DNA of 64,000 nt from a virus. Below the pieces are notes generated by a model. That model was given only the letters and a program-made list of their open reading frames with translations, had not been told where the DNA came from and searched no databases. This document shows positions 1 through 9,313 of this stretch, in pieces. The DNA is taken from the IMG/VR virus record IMGVR_UViG_3300023174_000082, positions 52,951-116,950 of that record. One strand, given 5' to 3'. The translations under genes were made by a program, and so were the position numbers. How positions within the stretch are numbered: the first letter of the stretch is position 1; the number at the start of each line of letters is the position of its first letter.

Positions 1-207
1 CATTTGGCCCATGTCTCGAAACTCCATGATGATCATCCATTCAGGCATGTCTGCAATTGAACGAAATCCCATCTTGCATCGTGTGATACGATAGTCTACC
101 ATCTTGTCTTCAGAGATCAAATGATCAAAAAAACTTTTCATTCCGTTGACCCAGTCAAGGTCTGAGATGTCGCCTTCTTTGTCTGCCCAAATTGTGTATA
201 AATCCAT
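1..207 (-). CDS. Hypothetical protein, DUF6614-like (runs off the left edge)
   Basis: Not in the ORF track. Read manually from ATG at 207: MDLYTIWADKEGDISDLDWVNGMKSFFDHLISEDKMVDYRITRCKMGFRSIADMPEWMIIMEFRDMGQM, open to position 1. Starts 2 nt after the stop of 210..644. DUF6614 resemblance is from memory. Confidence 0.7.
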   Translation of the reverse strand, partial: MDLYTIWADKEGDISDLDWVNGMKSFFDHLISEDKMVDYRITRCKMGFRSIADMPEWMIIMEFRDMGQM

Positions 208-209
208 AG

Positions 210-644
210 TTACTCCAGTGGTCCTAGTATTTCAAATCCCGCCATGCTGGATTTGTATAAGTGTGCTTGCTCAAGATACAGGTATTGGAACCCTCGAGCC
301 TTGTAGATAGCACACTCTGCTTTCATTGTTTCAATTCCTAATCTCAACTTAGGATTGTTGTAGTTCCATGCAAATTGATCGCACAGTGCGTTATGATCAT
401 CATAGCGTTTGATTAACGAGAATGCAACCAATCGGTCATGGTCGTAGTACCCAATCACATCAGTCATTGGATCTGTATATCTGCTGTCAAATATGGGCAT
501 TACACTTGCAAAATGTTTGTATTTGCAATAGTCTCTATAGATAGAGTTTAGCTGTTTGATATCAGGGTTAAACAAGTACTCCCACTTTACACTTGGTGTA
601 TAGTTGGTTTGGCTAAGATCAATTCGTGCAAACTGATAGCTCAT
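210..644 (-). CDS. Stand-alone ATE_C-like (arginyl/leucyl-tRNA-protein transferase, GNAT fold) protein
   Basis: Motifs IYRDYCKYKH, GYYDHDRLVAFSLI and RLGIETMKAECAIYKARGFQYLYL..YK..FEIL parallel the C-terminal domain of ATE1/Bpt. ATGA overlap with the upstream gene. Confidence 0.6.
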   Translation of the reverse strand: MSYQFARIDLSQTNYTPSVKWEYLFNPDIKQLNSIYRDYCKYKHFASVMPIFDSRYTDPMTDVIGYYDHDRLVAFSLIKRYDDHNALCDQFAWNYNNPKLRLGIETMKAECAIYKARGFQYLYLEQAHLYKSSMAGFEILGPLE

Positions 645-1141
645 CGTGGATCCCGGCGATGTTGGAACAATCCAGTAAGATATTCTTCTGGCCAGTTGTG
701 ATAGAATCCCTTCTCAGCCATTGTTCGGGCCTTGGCATCAAGATCGCTGAGACTCTGCACCAACGCCAGTGCATATGTTCCTTGGTTCATACACACGCCG
801 TTGATCATTTCTACATCTGAGGGATGGTCTTCTAGTGCAAGAAGATCCTTGCGTAGTAAAAATTCTTTGTTGGCAATCTTCAAACTGTCACTGAACAATT
901 CATATGGCCATTCTACTGGATTGTATGCATAGATTACAACTTCCCATTTGCCCATACCCCAGTGTGCTTGATTTTTTAAATCAAAATAAGGATGCACACC
1001 CACTCGCACATCGTAGCTTTTTTTCATTCTTGCTGAGCGTGCGTATGGGCAAGGAGCCCAGCCTCCTAAAGCAGGATGTGGAACTTCCACAAAGTTCACA
1101 ATCCAGTTTTCAATATCTTGAGTAACTGTTTCTATATCCAT
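641..1141 (-). CDS. DUF1415-like protein
   Basis: N-terminal W..FVE.P..L.....CPYA motif and an LEDHP motif. TAATG overlap with the upstream frame. Confidence 0.55.
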   Translation of the reverse strand: MDIETVTQDIENWIVNFVEVPHPALGGWAPCPYARSARMKKSYDVRVGVHPYFDLKNQAHWGMGKWEVVIYAYNPVEWPYELFSDSLKIANKEFLLRKDLLALEDHPSDVEMINGVCMNQGTYALALVQSLSDLDAKARTMAEKGFYHNWPEEYLTGLFQHRRDPR

Positions 1142-1371
1142 TAGAAATACGGCAATTTTGTTTTGTTGGTCGTTTCCATGTTTTCTTCAGCAATCTTGCT
1201 AATCATTTTTCTTTCAGTGAAACTTAGTGCCAGCACCTGATCGTAGGTGAGTCCGCCGCGCATCAACCAAGCCAATCTTAAACTGTTTGATCTAATTGCG
1301 TTGGCCTCCTGATCAAGGCTGTCAATGTACTCGCCAATTTCCTCTACTGGGAGGATCAGGAGGCGGCTTCG
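1141..1371 (-). CDS. -1 frame extension of the tail assembly chaperone (gp51-like second part); alternatively a 40-aa ORF from ATG 1263
   Basis: Open frame RSRLLILPVEEIGEYIDSLDQEANAIRSNSLRLAWLMRGGLTYDQVLALSFTERKMISKIAEENMETTNKTKLPYF* starts at slippery T TTT TTC (1377-1371). It fills the gap, and its TAA overlaps the next ATG. Confidence 0.65.
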   Translation of the reverse strand, partial: RSRLLILPVEEIGEYIDSLDQEANAIRSNSLRLAWLMRGGLTYDQVLALSFTERKMISKIAEENMETTNKTKLPYF

Positions 1372-2201
1372 AAAAAATTTGTAAGATCCAGATTCAGTGC
1401 TTGATCATGTTCGTGATTGCATTCACTGCAGGTGAGATGCACAGGTTTGAGTTCTGTACGATTGCGCAATTCAACTGCGTGATCTCTAACAGCAACAAAA
1501 ATTTGACGATCGCAGTTTTGCAAAAATTCATCAATGTGCTCGGACTCTGACACAACAGACTGTGGTGTACGAATTGCTGAAATTGAGTACTTGAGAGCTC
1601 GCATGGTCAGCTGAGTCAACGTTTTCATCACTTCGGCTAGTTTTTGTAACTTGTCGTCTTCACTGAGTTCAGTATCCATGCTAATGTTGCGCATCATGCG
1701 TTGATTTTCAAATTGCTCAAGATTGATTTCGTTTTGTTTTTCATAACTCATTGGATGAAAATAAATTTCCAAATCTCCATAAGTCACTGTGGCAGAAAAG
1801 TCAGGCATGGTCAACTGATCCAGTGCATTGCGCAAGTCTAACGCAAAACTCTCAATGTGTTTGCAAGCAGGACAAGTGGTTTCAATTTCAAGCTCGTGAC
1901 CGTAGCTGGCAATACGAATAGCAACCAGGATAGAGTTTAAATCTGCCACAGGAGCATGCCAGGCATTTTTAATTGACGGCACACAACTGTGTATCACATT
2001 GACCACAGCTTGCCCGCTAAACAGTGCATCTGGCGTGCGATAGGTAATTTCGTCAATGGCTGTCATGGGATAAACAGGCAGCTCACCGTTTTGAGGCACG
2101 TCTAAGCTGCCTTCTGGCCAGTATTTGCCCTCGCTGGGCAACCGCAAGTAAATTGCTGGTTGTCTAAAAAATTGTCTAAGTGGATTGTGATTTTGGTTCA
2201 T
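1356..2201 (-). CDS. T4 gp26-like baseplate hub / tail assembly chaperone
   Basis: NPLRQFFRQP, LPS.G, PMTAIDE, RIASYG, two CxxC pairs (CPAC, CSEC) and a C-terminal NFF. Divergent from the tape measure gene. Confidence 0.75.
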   Translation of the reverse strand: MNQNHNPLRQFFRQPAIYLRLPSEGKYWPEGSLDVPQNGELPVYPMTAIDEITYRTPDALFSGQAVVNVIHSCVPSIKNAWHAPVADLNSILVAIRIASYGHELEIETTCPACKHIESFALDLRNALDQLTMPDFSATVTYGDLEIYFHPMSYEKQNEINLEQFENQRMMRNISMDTELSEDDKLQKLAEVMKTLTQLTMRALKYSISAIRTPQSVVSESEHIDEFLQNCDRQIFVAVRDHAVELRNRTELKPVHLTCSECNHEHDQALNLDLTNFFEAAS

Positions 2202-2210
2202 AGTGTACCC

Positions 2211-2231
2211 ATAAATATACTTCTACTTATA
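2211..2231. promoter_or_regulatory. Overlapping divergent late-promoter-like boxes
   Basis: ATAAATA at 2211-2217 (+, toward tape measure) and TATAAGTA at 2231-2224 (-, toward the gp26-like gene). Both resemble the T4 late TATAAATA box. Confidence 0.55.
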
Positions 2232-2242
2232 GGTGTTTTTCA

Positions 2243-5200
2243 ATGGCGGACGTAAATCAAGCATCACAAGAAATGGCTGAAGTCATAGCACAAGTGTCTG
2301 ACGACCTTAGACGTTTTGGGCGAGTTACCGAAGATACTCAAGCAGCACTGGCAGCTGGCAGTTTTCGCCGAGCAAAAGAACTTGACAAAGCCAGTGCGTT
2401 AACAGCAGGTGCGTTAGGAAATCTGGCAGGTGCAGGTCTAGCAGCCGGCAAAGCCATGTATGATGGCCAAAAAGGCGCCGCGGCATTTAACAGTTCACTT
2501 GACAGCATGAGCAAAGCAGTTACCGCAGCCGGTGCTGCGTTGACTTTCTTGGTTCCTGGCGGATTTTTAATCAAAGCTCTAATTGGCCTGGGCACAGCCG
2601 CAGTTGGCGCCAGTATTAAGATGACTCAAGCGGCCAACGACATGGCCGACAATTTGTTCTCAGCCAATAGCAAAATGGCCAAATCTGGCCTGGCAGCATC
2701 AGATGGCATGACTGGCATATTCCGCGACGCCAAGAAGCTTGGCCTGAGCATGAAAGAGTTGGGTGTATACACCAATGCAGTAGCAGCCAACAGCGCAGAA
2801 TTGGCCTTGTTCAAGGGCACAGCATTTGAAGGACGTAAAGCATTTGCTGACATTGGTGCGTCAATGAAGCCATTCCGCGCCAGCTTGGAAGGCGCAGGTA
2901 TCAGTCTTGAAGATCAAATTGCAGGCACTGCTGGCTATTTGAGATTGCAAACTCAAATAGGACAAAGTCAAAACAAAAGCACAACAGAACTAGCCAATGG
3001 TGCTAGAAAATATCTAGTTGAAATGGATGGACTCAGCAAGCTCACAGGCATGCAACGTGAGGAGATGGAAAAACAAATGGAAGCTGCTAGAAGCGAGCAG
3101 CGTTTCCGGGCCAAACTAGATGCCATGCGAGCATCTGGAGATGCCCGACAAATTGCTGCTGCTGATAAGATGGAAAGAGCCAACATTCTTATCAGCAAAC
3201 AAGCACCAGAGTTAGGACAAGCATTTAGAGATGCCAGTTCAGGTGTGCTCACAAGTGATGCAGCAGTTAAAGGGCTGATTGGCACACAAGGCAAGCTGTT
3301 ACAAGTGACTGATCAATTGGCAAATGGTCAAATTGACGAGTATCAAACGTTCAAACAGTTGGGTCAGGCTGCTGGACAGTTTGGTAAAGACATGAACTTT
3401 ACAGCTCAGCTGGGCTTGCTGAATGATTTCAGCATTGATTATGCGCAGGCAATGAAAATTGGTATTGCCACAACAAAAGACACTTCTGAACTGGCTGCGT
3501 TAATTGCAGAAGAACAAAAGAAACAAATGGGCTCGCAGAATGACGCCAACACCAAGGCCATGGCTGATCTCAGAGAAAAACAACGCAATCTCAATGAGAT
3601 GCTGGAAACTACAATAGCTAACCAGATGGGCACAGCTATATCAATGAGCAACGCTCTAGCCAATGCCACAACACCTATTGCCACGGCATTTGACAGACTT
3701 GCACCATTGATGGAAAAATTCATAATCCAAATGACAAAACTCACCGACTTCTTGGCAGAAAAACTGGGATATATTGTTAACAAGAGTATTGATGTAGTAG
3801 AAGCCACACAAAAAGACGGCATGGGCGGATTTTACAGATCTGGTGGCAGTGAATTAGTTGGGTCTGGTGTTGGTGCAGTAGCTGGTGGAGTAAAAGGCGC
3901 AGCCATGGGTGCGGCTCTAGGTAGTGTGGTGCCAGTGCTTGGCACAGCTATTGGTGCCGCCCTGGGCGGATTGGTTGGTGGTGTGGGTGGTTATTATGGG
4001 GGCAAGGTATTGGGTATGGGCGCTGATGCACTAGGTACCGCAGTAACTCCTCCTGGGCGTGCCGCCGGTGGTCCTGTCAGCAGACGAAATCCCTATATTG
4101 TGGGCGAGCGTGGCCCAGAACTCATGGTTCCTGAACAAGCAGGAAAAATTATCAACAATGACAAACTAAGCAAGATGTTTGAGTCCATGGCTTCTTCTGT
4201 ATCTTCAGGACAAGTTAGTGTTGATATGATATCTCAAGTGATGGGCAGCTCTGTAACTGTTGTAACCACAACCAATAGCGAACTGACTGACAATTTAAAA
4301 ACTACACAAAACGTTGGCAACACATATCAAGCAATACTGAAATCTGTTGACGAGCTAAATGACAAAACCAAAAAAACAACAGAGTCTGCAATTACAGCTC
4401 AACGAGAAACTCTAACAGACATACAACGCATTGAACGTTACACTGATCAAGACATGAAACGCACAAAAGAGTTTGTGGATTTTCATAAAAAATATCTTGA
4501 CAGTATCACCCAGATATTGGGTGAAAACTTAGAGCTATTGCAAGAACAATCAGAACAAAGTGGTTCTGCTGGTGCAGGCGGCGCTCCAGGCATGGGCGGA
4601 GGTACAGGACTGAAAATTCCAGCAGCGCCACCAGCCGGAGGCATGGGCGGAGGTACAGGGGTTAGGGCTGGCGGCGGCCAAGGCGTACAAGTTAAAAATC
4701 AAAACGATTTGTTGTCCATGGGTCTTAAATTTGATCCCAAACGTGATGTACAAGCAGAAGGTGCGGCAATCAGTCCCAAGTTAATTGAGCTGGCCAAGAA
4801 CGTTCAAAGTCTCATACCAGGATTTTCAGCATTCACAGGAATGAATGATCAGTACCACAACGAAAAGCATCCACGAAGCTTGCACGCCAAAGGTCAAGCC
4901 ATGGACTTTGTGCTAAACAAAAAGCCCACAAAAGAAGAAGGTGAAAGCATTGTTAGTTGGCTCAAACAGTCAGGAGCCAGTCTTGCCTTAGATGAATACA
5001 ACAACGCTAATCAGCACACAACAGGCGGCCACTTCCATGCAGAAATTCCTGCATTTGGCGACGGAGGCATGGTAGACAAAGCCACACTGGCGTTGATTGG
5101 TGAAAAAGGTCCAGAAGCTGTGATTCCCATGGACGGCAAAGAAATTCCACTGAATATATCCAAGCCAATTCCAATCAAGCTGGATCTCAAAGATGTATTT

Positions 5201-5695
5201 GCCGAAGGAGGCATTGGCCCAACATTTGGCGGCATGAACGAATACACTGGTTACAACATGGGCCACATGTCAACTGATTTGAGTGCAGTGAAAGAAATTG
5301 CTGCCAGCATGGGCGCCTTTGACAAAGCATCACAAACCATCACAGATCCAGCAACCTGGAAAGAAATTATAAATTCAGGCATTGCTATGAATTACGATCT
5401 TGGCATGGCCAAAATTGGTACTCAAATGGGAGACGGTATAGGACAAGAAATGGCACAACGTCTGAATGACATTGTGGCTGAAAATGGTGTGAGTCAAAAG
5501 GAAGCATTTGATATCATGCGAACAGAGTTTGTAGAAGCCATGAAAACAATCACAACAGAAATGTTCCAGAAAATGGCCAAAGAATCAGCCACACCAGAAA
5601 CAGATGCGCTGATTGCTGGCATTGATGCGCTAATTGCCAAGCAGAGTGAAGCCAACGACATCAGCAAGAAGATACTCCAGGTGAGTGCAAACTAA
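2243..5695 (+). CDS. Tape measure protein with glycine zipper and M15-like Zn-peptidase domain
   Basis: 1150 aa, Ala-rich and helical. Contains RAAGGPV..YIVGERGPEL and FGDGG..ALIGEKGPEAVIP tape-measure motifs, and SLHAKGQAMDF...GHFHAE (HxxxxxxD/HxH). Confidence 0.8.
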   Translation: MADVNQASQEMAEVIAQVSDDLRRFGRVTEDTQAALAAGSFRRAKELDKASALTAGALGNLAGAGLAAGKAMYDGQKGAAAFNSSLDSMSKAVTAAGAALTFLVPGGFLIKALIGLGTAAVGASIKMTQAANDMADNLFSANSKMAKSGLAASDGMTGIFRDAKKLGLSMKELGVYTNAVAANSAELALFKGTAFEGRKAFADIGASMKPFRASLEGAGISLEDQIAGTAGYLRLQTQIGQSQNKSTTELANGARKYLVEMDGLSKLTGMQREEMEKQMEAARSEQRFRAKLDAMRASGDARQIAAADKMERANILISKQAPELGQAFRDASSGVLTSDAAVKGLIGTQGKLLQVTDQLANGQIDEYQTFKQLGQAAGQFGKDMNFTAQLGLLNDFSIDYAQAMKIGIATTKDTSELAALIAEEQKKQMGSQNDANTKAMADLREKQRNLNEMLETTIANQMGTAISMSNALANATTPIATAFDRLAPLMEKFIIQMTKLTDFLAEKLGYIVNKSIDVVEATQKDGMGGFYRSGGSELVGSGVGAVAGGVKGAAMGAALGSVVPVLGTAIGAALGGLVGGVGGYYGGKVLGMGADALGTAVTPPGRAAGGPVSRRNPYIVGERGPELMVPEQAGKIINNDKLSKMFESMASSVSSGQVSVDMISQVMGSSVTVVTTTNSELTDNLKTTQNVGNTYQAILKSVDELNDKTKKTTESAITAQRETLTDIQRIERYTDQDMKRTKEFVDFHKKYLDSITQILGENLELLQEQSEQSGSAGAGGAPGMGGGTGLKIPAAPPAGGMGGGTGVRAGGGQGVQVKNQNDLLSMGLKFDPKRDVQAEGAAISPKLIELAKNVQSLIPGFSAFTGMNDQYHNEKHPRSLHAKGQAMDFVLNKKPTKEEGESIVSWLKQSGASLALDEYNNANQHTTGGHFHAEIPAFGDGGMVDKATLALIGEKGPEAVIPMDGKEIPLNISKPIPIKLDLKDVFAEGGIGPTFGGMNEYTGYNMGHMSTDLSAVKEIAASMGAFDKASQTITDPATWKEIINSGIAMNYDLGMAKIGTQMGDGIGQEMAQRLNDIVAENGVSQKEAFDIMRTEFVEAMKTITTEMFQKMAKESATPETDALIAGIDALIAKQSEANDISKKILQVSAN

Positions 5696-5698
5696 CGG

Positions 5699-5704
5699 TA
5701 AATA
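5699..5704 (+). promoter_or_regulatory. Late promoter TAAATA (portal)
   Basis: TAAATA 7 nt before ATG 5712; no SD. Confidence 0.6.
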
Positions 5705-5711
5705 AACAACC

Positions 5712-7481
5712 ATGGCAGAACCCAAACAACAAGGCTGGCGCAAATATTTCAAAGTTGCAGACACATCTGGAGTGATGAGTCCAATTTCTGGCAAAAATCA
5801 GTATGGACTACCCAACTACGGCAAAAACGACGGCACTGACTCGTTGATCAACGATTTTACCTTTAGAAATTATGCCAGTAGACTGCCTGAAGTGTATTCA
5901 GGTCACCCCAACAGAGTAGAGCGTTACAACCAGTATGAGAACATGGACATGGACTCAGAAATCAACGCCTGCTTGGACATTATTGCTGAGTTCTCCACAC
6001 AAATTAATCAATCAAACGCCACCCCGTTTGACATTCAATACAACGAAACACCCACAGACCACGAAGTTGACATCATTAAAAAACAACTGCAACAGTGGGT
6101 CAAGTTGAACAAGTTGGATCAGCGTATATTCAAACTGTTTCGCAACACCATCAAGTATGGCGATCAAGTGTTTGTGCGTGACCCAGAAACGTTTGAAATG
6201 TACTGGGTTGACATGACCAAAGTTGCTAGAGTTATTGTGAACGAGTCAGAAGGCAAACGCCCTGAACAGTATGTTATCCGTGACATCAATCCCAACTTCC
6301 AGAACATGACTGTGGCAGCAAAAACTACCACAGACTACATGACCAATCCTGTGACAGGCTCAATATCTGGCGCAGCCAACTACACCATGCCCAATGGTGG
6401 CTCTGGTGGCGGTGTAGGCAACAGTCGCTTTATGACTGCCATGAATGAAACATGTTTGGATGCCAAACATGTGGTACACATGAGTCTGAACGAAGGTTTA
6501 GACGTATTTTGGCCATTTGGGCGCAGTATACTAGAGCAAATTTACAAAGTATTCAAGCAGAAAGAACTGCTAGAAGATTCAATTTTAATTTATCGTGTGA
6601 GCCGTGCTCCGGAGCGTAGAATCTTTAAAATTGACGTGGGCAACATGCCCAGCCACTTGGCCATGGCGTTTGTGGAACGTGTTAAAAACGAAATGCATCA
6701 ACGACGAATCCCTACCATAACAGGTGGCGGAGCCAACATGATGGATTCGTCTTACAATCCACTTTCGATCAACGAAGACTACTTTTTCCCCCAGGGCCAA
6801 GACGGTCGTGGCTCATCAGTTGAGACATTGCCCGGCGGACAAAATCTAGGCGAAATTGACGATTTAAAGTATTTTAACAACAAAATGGCCCGTGGTTTGC
6901 GTGTGCCATCAAGCTATTTGCCCACTGGTCCAGACGACTCAGACCGTGCTTTTTCAGACGGAAAAGTAGGCACAGCCCTTATACAAGAGTACAGATTCAA
7001 TCAATATTGCGAGCGTTTGCAAGGGCATATTTCACAAAAACTAGACGATGAATTCAAGATGTTCCTCAAATGGCGCGGGTTTAACATAGACTCTGGCCTG
7101 TTTAGTTTGAAGTTTTCTCCACCTCAAAACTTTGCAAGTTACCGTCAAAGTGAGTTGGACAACACAAGAATACAAGCATTTACACAGTTAGAACAACTGC
7201 CTTACATGAGCAAGCGTTTTATGTTGGAACGTTTCTTGGGATTGACTGAAGACGAAATCAAAGAAAACGAAGAGCTGTGGCGTGAAGAACGTGATCAGCC
7301 CGAAATGCAAAGTTCAGGTGGCGCCGACTTACGTTCTGTGGGTATTACTCCGGGCGGCATGGAAACTGATATCAACACAGGCGAAGAAATTGGACAAATG
7401 CAACAACCTGGCGCAGGTGAAATGGTTGGCCCGGGTGCTGCTCCGGGTGCTGCCCCAGGCGGAACTCCAGGCGGAGTATAA
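5712..7481 (+). CDS. gp20: Portal vertex protein
   Basis: LLEDSILIYRVSRAPERRIFKIDVGNMP, EDYFFP, ETLPGGQNLGEIDDLKYF and L.VP.S are hallmark T4 gp20 motifs. Confidence 0.97.
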   Translation: MAEPKQQGWRKYFKVADTSGVMSPISGKNQYGLPNYGKNDGTDSLINDFTFRNYASRLPEVYSGHPNRVERYNQYENMDMDSEINACLDIIAEFSTQINQSNATPFDIQYNETPTDHEVDIIKKQLQQWVKLNKLDQRIFKLFRNTIKYGDQVFVRDPETFEMYWVDMTKVARVIVNESEGKRPEQYVIRDINPNFQNMTVAAKTTTDYMTNPVTGSISGAANYTMPNGGSGGGVGNSRFMTAMNETCLDAKHVVHMSLNEGLDVFWPFGRSILEQIYKVFKQKELLEDSILIYRVSRAPERRIFKIDVGNMPSHLAMAFVERVKNEMHQRRIPTITGGGANMMDSSYNPLSINEDYFFPQGQDGRGSSVETLPGGQNLGEIDDLKYFNNKMARGLRVPSSYLPTGPDDSDRAFSDGKVGTALIQEYRFNQYCERLQGHISQKLDDEFKMFLKWRGFNIDSGLFSLKFSPPQNFASYRQSELDNTRIQAFTQLEQLPYMSKRFMLERFLGLTEDEIKENEELWREERDQPEMQSSGGADLRSVGITPGGMETDINTGEEIGQMQQPGAGEMVGPGAAPGAAPGGTPGGV

Positions 7482-7484
7482 ATA
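7477..7484 (+). promoter_or_regulatory. Late promoter TATAAATA
   Basis: Perfect T4 late consensus overlapping the portal stop, 5 nt before ATG 7490. Confidence 0.7.
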
Positions 7485-7489
7485 TAAAC

Positions 7490-7708
7490 ATGCTCCTACA
7501 AGAATTTTGGAAAAAAGATCCTGAAGCCTATCAAGATCTATCGCAAGACAACAGTCAACCGCAACTGGGTGATCTGCGCAAAACTCGCTTGACATTAAGA
7601 CAGCTTAACAAGTTGAGAAAAATGAATGACGTCCGTGCATTCGAATACAAAGAAAAACTCAAACTAGTGCGACAACAGTACGCACCGCCTCCAGCCCCTG
7701 TGGCTTAA
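7490..7708 (+). CDS. Small conserved head-module protein
   Basis: 72 aa (RKTRLTLRQLNKLRK), located between portal and core genes. Confidence 0.75.
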   Translation: MLLQEFWKKDPEAYQDLSQDNSQPQLGDLRKTRLTLRQLNKLRKMNDVRAFEYKEKLKLVRQQYAPPPAPVA

Positions 7709-7800
7709 TTGGCATTTATCGCCATTTTGACTCCTTAAACAGCAGAGTTTTTGGTTGTTATGTAAATAACAGCACACTTTACCTATAGGAGTTTTCCCTT

Positions 7801-8658
7801 ATGAACAAATTTGAACAGTTGATCGAATACGTGATCAACGACGAAGACCAAAAAGCTCGCGAGCTTTTCCATGACATCGTAGTGGCCAAAAGCCGCGAAA
7901 TCTACGAAAATCTAATGCAAGAAGAGGCTGATGAAGACATCGACGAAGCAGCAGAAAAAGAAACTGATGACGAAGATCTTGACGAATCAGAAGAAATGGA
8001 TGAAAGCGCCATGGGCGGCGACGCCAGCGACGACTTGATTGATGAAATTGAAGCCGACGAAGAACAAGACATGAGCATGGAAGGCGAAGAGTCTGACTCT
8101 GAGTTTGACGACGAAGCTGAAGAAGCTGGTGACGATCTTACTCACGACATTGAAGACATGCACGACGAAGGCGGCAGCGATGAGCCTGCAACCAAAGATG
8201 ACGTTATGAATCTAGAAGACAAACTAGATGAGTTGATGGCTGAATTTGAAGGCTTGATGGGCGGCGACGACATGGGCGACGGCGATGATTTTGGTGGAGA
8301 CGAAGGCGGTGATGCCATTGAAATGGACGACACTGAAGAAATGATGCCTATGGCCGAAGCATTGACATTGAAGGCAGCACCAAAGCCAGTTACCACTGAA
8401 CAAGGTGACGGCAAAGCAGGTCCTGTAGCATTTAACTCAGGCGCAACTGGAATGGCCAGCAAGCCAGTACACACTGGTACCAGCATGGGTGGTGTGCATG
8501 ACAGTTCCGCATATCGCAACACAGTAAAAGAACTTGGCGTAACTCCTACACAAGATGCTGGAAAAAAAGCATTTAAATCAGCTGCTCCTGCTCCTGTAAA
8601 GAGCCAGGCCAGCGGTGTAAACACCAAGAGCCCACTTCCAAGTGGTCGTAAAGGTTAA
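7801..8658 (+). CDS. Acidic prohead core-like protein
   Basis: SD AGGAG and TAAATA at 7763. Very D/E-rich middle with many hydrophobic-x-E sites. Position matches T4 gp67/68. Confidence 0.65.
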   Translation: MNKFEQLIEYVINDEDQKARELFHDIVVAKSREIYENLMQEEADEDIDEAAEKETDDEDLDESEEMDESAMGGDASDDLIDEIEADEEQDMSMEGEESDSEFDDEAEEAGDDLTHDIEDMHDEGGSDEPATKDDVMNLEDKLDELMAEFEGLMGGDDMGDGDDFGGDEGGDAIEMDDTEEMMPMAEALTLKAAPKPVTTEQGDGKAGPVAFNSGATGMASKPVHTGTSMGGVHDSSAYRNTVKELGVTPTQDAGKKAFKSAAPAPVKSQASGVNTKSPLPSGRKG

Positions 8659-8662
8659 TTAG

Positions 8663-9301
8663 ATGTCATCTAGATACCTAAGAGAAGATCTTACTTTTAG
8701 CCAAGCCAACATCCAAGTTTTGGAAGAAGCTGATGTTGGTGGCAAAAAGCACCTCTATCTCAAAGGCATTTGTATTGAAGGCGACAAGCGCAATGCAAAT
8801 GAGCGTATCTATCCTCGACACGAAATTATCAAAGCAGTAGAAACCATCAACGAGCAGATCCGTAACGGTAACTCCGTTTTAGGTGAAGTGGACCATCCAG
8901 ACGATCTCAAGATTAACTTGGATCGTGTGTGCCACACAGTTGAAGGCATGTGGATGGACGGGCATGCTGGTTGCGGCAAATTGAAAATTCTACCAACCCC
9001 TATGGGTGAATTGATAAAGACTCTGTTGACATCTGGCGTGAAGCTGGGTGTTAGCAGTCGTGGTTCAGGAAATGTTGATGACAGAACAGGACATGTAAGT
9101 GACTTTGAAATTGTCACTATAGATGTGGTTGCCCAACCCAGTGCTCCTAATGCGTATCCTACAGCAATCTATGAAGGTCTCATGAATATGAGAAACGGTC
9201 ATAAGATCTTAGAGATAGCAAGAGAGTCTGGTCAGGACGACAAAGTGAAGAAGTATCTCGCAGGTGAGGTTAAACGCCTTATCCGAGAACTCAAAATCTA
9301 A
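8663..9301 (+). CDS. gp21: Prohead core protease
   Basis: N.N.RIY, LGEVDHP, LGVSSRGSG and D.VA.PSAPNAY. Confidence 0.96.
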   Translation: MSSRYLREDLTFSQANIQVLEEADVGGKKHLYLKGICIEGDKRNANERIYPRHEIIKAVETINEQIRNGNSVLGEVDHPDDLKINLDRVCHTVEGMWMDGHAGCGKLKILPTPMGELIKTLLTSGVKLGVSSRGSGNVDDRTGHVSDFEIVTIDVVAQPSAPNAYPTAIYEGLMNMRNGHKILEIARESGQDDKVKKYLAGEVKRLIRELKI

Positions 9302-9313
9302 GGAGAACCAGGC

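Noticed and set aside
4588-4660. Short direct repeats (GGCATGGGCGGAGGTACAGG in tape measure; 21-bp tandem near 50106)
   Set aside because: Two-copy in-frame duplications in low-complexity linkers with no sign of separate function.
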